Shown piece after piece: positions 24,888 through 27,411 of a DNA stretch of 27,411 nucleotides. Numbering within the stretch: the first letter of the stretch is position 1; each line of letters starts with the position of its first letter. Both the position numbers and the translations under genes were made by a program. Under the pieces are notes generated by a model that searched no databases, had not been told where the DNA came from, and saw only the letters and a list, made by a program, of their open reading frames with translations. This DNA comes from an uncultured bacterium (GTDB taxonomy: Bacteria > Omnitrophota > Omnitrophia > Omnitrophales > Danuiimicrobiaceae), in the NCBI GenBank assembly GCA_964522565.1, contig CAZFUU010000001.1, forward strand, positions 1 to 27,411, read 5' to 3'.

Positions 24888-26602
24888 TTCACATCCGGGC
24901 GGAAAATCGAGACCCGGTTCTTGCCTGAATGCTTGGCGTCGTAAAGCGCTGTGTCGGCGCCGCGGACCAGGGCGCGCGCGGCAGGCAACCCGTCTTCATG
25001 AACAGCCGCGACCCCAACGCTGACGGTCACGGGAGTCAAGTGGTTGACGTAACTTACTTTTTTTTCTTCCACCGCACGCCTGATTTTTTCTGCAATCCGG
25101 AGCGCCTCGAGTTTTGTCGTATGAGGGAGGACAACGCAAAATTCTTCTCCCCCGTAGCGCGCCCCGATATCGCCCGCCCTGACGTTTGCCTTAATCGCGT
25201 ACGCGACATTTTTGATCACATCATCGCCCGCAATGTGGCCGAGTGTGTCGTTAATTTGCTTGAAATCATCGATGTCCATCATCAGAATTGAAAGTTCATC
25301 CTCAAAATCGGTTTTCCGCCTGCTCCGGGTTTGGGCGAGCTTCGCGAGTTCTTCATCGAGCCGGAATTCAAGGGAGCGGCGGTTCGCAAGGCCCGTCAAC
25401 GGATCGGTCGCGGCCTTGCGCCGAAGCTGAAGGTTTTCAATCATCGTTCTCAAATAACGGTAAAACCCGACCGAGAAAAACACAACCCATCCTGAAAAAA
25501 CCGGGGCCAGAACGTCCGGAAGCGTGTTCCGAATGAAAAAAAAGTAGGAAACCCCAAGCCATCCGATGGTGATTACGGTCATCGCAAACAGCGCGGAAAA
25601 AATATTCAGAAAAAACACGGCGCCCGCGGATAAAAGCGCGACGCACGCAACCGCCAACAATTCCATTTTCCGGGGAAACGGCGGCAAAAAGTCCCGGTTG
25701 ACCAAGGTTTCGATCGCATTGATATTAATCACGACGCCGGGCATCCGTCCAAGGGGCGTCTGATGTTCGTCATGAATCATTTTTGACGTCGATCCGACCA
25801 GAACGACTTTACCGGCAACCTGTTGACGCCAACCATTTCCTTCCAGGATTTGCCACAGCGGAATCTGCGTGATATCCCGCGCGGCCAGCCGATAATTGAT
25901 ATTCGTCATCCCTCCTCGTCCCCGCAAAACCGAATACGTCGCGGCCCCGTCCGTAAACGGGAAGGACAGCCTGCCGGTCGCTTCTTCGTGGCGGCCAAGA
26001 TCGATTCCTAACATTTCGGCGCCGGCGCGCAATTCCCACGGCCAACTCACCGGCCGGCGGGATTGATCCGGATACAGAAGATTCAGACGGCGGACTGTTT
26101 GGTCGCGATCCACATATTTGTTGACGATTCCGGAAGCTCTGGCTGCCTGCGCCAAATCATTTAACGGGGGAATATAATTGCCCGAAGGATCGACAAAAGA
26201 AGCGAGAATGACTTTCCCTGATTTTCGAATGGTTTCCGCGAGCAAAAAATCATCGTCGGGCGTGCTTTTCCCGGCAAAGACAAAATCGAGCGCAATCAGC
26301 GAAGCGCCCGCCGCATCAAGCCGCGCGATTAAATCCGCGTAAATTGACCGGCGAAGGGGCCAGCGCTCGCGCAATCTTGCGATGGATTCATTGTCCACAG
26401 AAACCAAAACGAACCGGCCGGCCGTATCGGGTTTCGCAGAAATCGCGTGCCGGATTTGAAAAAAAACGTCCTGTGTTTTCAGGGCGAGCGTTTCAAACAC
26501 GGGAGACGGTTTTAAAATCGCGGCATACAGGACGACAGCGACAGCGGCAGTTGCCGCAGACTGAAAAATCCTGAAGGTGGTTTTTTTATCCATCGCGCTC
26601 AA
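24863..26602 (-). CDS. CHASE2-domain diguanylate cyclase
   Basis: N-terminal TM, CHASE2 motifs (WPLRRSIYA, IALDFVF, GKVVLVG, TPLGRMPGV), about three TMs, DPLTGLANRR, DIDDFKQINDTLGH, I-site RAGD and RYGGEEF. Start is TTG 26602 or ATG 26593. Confidence 0.93.
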   Translation of the reverse strand: MSAMDKKTTFRIFQSAATAAVAVVLYAAILKPSPVFETLALKTQDVFFQIRHAISAKPDTAGRFVLVSVDNESIARLRERWPLRRSIYADLIARLDAAGASLIALDFVFAGKSTPDDDFLLAETIRKSGKVILASFVDPSGNYIPPLNDLAQAARASGIVNKYVDRDQTVRRLNLLYPDQSRRPVSWPWELRAGAEMLGIDLGRHEEATGRLSFPFTDGAATYSVLRGRGGMTNINYRLAARDITQIPLWQILEGNGWRQQVAGKVVLVGSTSKMIHDEHQTPLGRMPGVVININAIETLVNRDFLPPFPRKMELLAVACVALLSAGAVFFLNIFSALFAMTVITIGWLGVSYFFFIRNTLPDVLAPVFSGWVVFFSVGFYRYLRTMIENLQLRRKAATDPLTGLANRRSLEFRLDEELAKLAQTRSRRKTDFEDELSILMMDIDDFKQINDTLGHIAGDDVIKNVAYAIKANVRAGDIGARYGGEEFCVVLPHTTKLEALRIAEKIRRAVEEKKVSYVNHLTPVTVSVGVAAVHEDGLPAARALVRGADTALYDAKHSGKNRVSIFRPDVNLGSEPGL

Positions 26603-26690
26603 ATCGTTAAAAATTTCGTCCGGTTAAACAAAACGCCCGTCAGCGGGAAAATATTGTTTTGACTCCTCCGGGAAAATGTCCGGATGTCCG

Positions 26691-27410
26691 TTATTCTTCG
26701 ATGAGCGCCGTGCTGAGATAACGCTCGCCCGAGCTTGGAATGACGACGACGATCATTTTGCCCTTGTTTTCCTTTCGGGCGGCCACTTCCAAAGCCGCGC
26801 AAACCGCGGCGCCCGAAGAAATTCCGACCGGAATCCCTTCTTCTTTGGCGATCCGGCGCGCCATTAAAATCGCTTCCCCGCTCGATATCTGAATCACTTC
26901 ATCAATCATCTTTCGGTTTAAAATATCGGGAATAAATCCCGCTCCGATCCCCTGGATTTTATGAGAACCCGGCTGCCCCCCTGAAAGAACGGGTGATTCT
27001 TTCGGTTCAACCGCCACGGCCTTGAACGCCGGATTCCTGGCTTTAATGACTTCGGCGACACCGGTAATCGTTCCGCCCGTTCCAACGCCCGCGACCACAA
27101 TATCAACTTTTCCGTCCGTGTCGCGCCAAATTTCTTCCGCGGTCGTTTTCCGGTGGATTTCAGGATTAGCCGCGTTCTTAAACTGCTGAGGGACGAATGA
27201 ATTGTCTATTTCCTTCGCCAGCGCTTCCGCTTTTGTGACCGCGCCGGTCATTCCTTCGGCGCCCGGCGTCAGCACGAGTTCGGCGCCGAGAAGCTTTAAA
27301 AGTTTCCGGCGTTCCATGCTCATCGTGTCAGGCATTGTCAAAATCAAGCGGTACCCTTTCGCGGCGCACACAAACGCAAGGGCGATCCCCGTATTCCCGC
27401 TGGTGGGCTC
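26691..27410 (-). CDS. cysK: Cysteine synthase A, 5'-truncated by the window edge
   Basis: Frame continues to the edge as [13 protein letters not shown], plus [35 protein letters not shown] and SSGERYLST. Confidence 0.95.
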   Translation of the reverse strand, partial: EPTSGNTGIALAFVCAAKGYRLILTMPDTMSMERRKLLKLLGAELVLTPGAEGMTGAVTKAEALAKEIDNSFVPQQFKNAANPEIHRKTTAEEIWRDTDGKVDIVVAGVGTGGTITGVAEVIKARNPAFKAVAVEPKESPVLSGGQPGSHKIQGIGAGFIPDILNRKMIDEVIQISSGEAILMARRIAKEEGIPVGISSGAAVCAALEVAARKENKGKMIVVVIPSSGERYLSTALIEE

Positions 27411-27411
27411 A

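Noticed and set aside
1-27411. CRISPR arrays, tRNA/rRNA, IS, integrase or prophage
   Set aside because: No regularly spaced repeats, cloverleafs or mobility genes were seen by eye; tRNAscan and CRISPR finders were not run.

Overview
Chromosomal window with no tRNA, rRNA, CRISPR array, transposase or phage gene recognised. It carries about 25 CDS, mostly envelope, transport and housekeeping genes: hflK-hflC, an alpha/beta hydrolase, plsY, a DsbD-like protein lacking its alpha domain, homospermidine synthase plus a Lys/Orn-type decarboxylase, a PQ-loop/SemiSWEET-like protein, hsp20, amt-glnK, an RsmF-like methyltransferase, an ArsB/NhaD permease, trkH-trkA, a UMF1-type MFS, a CHASE2-GGDEF diguanylate cyclase and a partial cysK. 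Several secreted or membrane hypothetical proteins are interspersed. The most interesting element is a 1043-aa secreted protein (21640-24771). Its N-terminal half has the motif order of the EreA/ChaN/TraB(TIKI) hydrolase fold, its second half switches abruptly to AT-ending codons, and it ends in a host-codon '...QRAIAAAA' tail. From recollection this resembles the large-protein family of Ca. Omnitrophota/Elusimicrobiota; the taxon is an inference and was not searched. Other notable signals are two sigma54 promoters (hsp20 and amt-glnK) with a similar TGACA-N4-TGT motif about 105-112 bp upstream, a PII with Phe instead of Tyr51, a perfect 32-bp palindrome over the cyclase stop codon, and a possibly structured ~190-nt intergenic region. 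All calls come from motif recognition by eye and hand counts; no databases were run.
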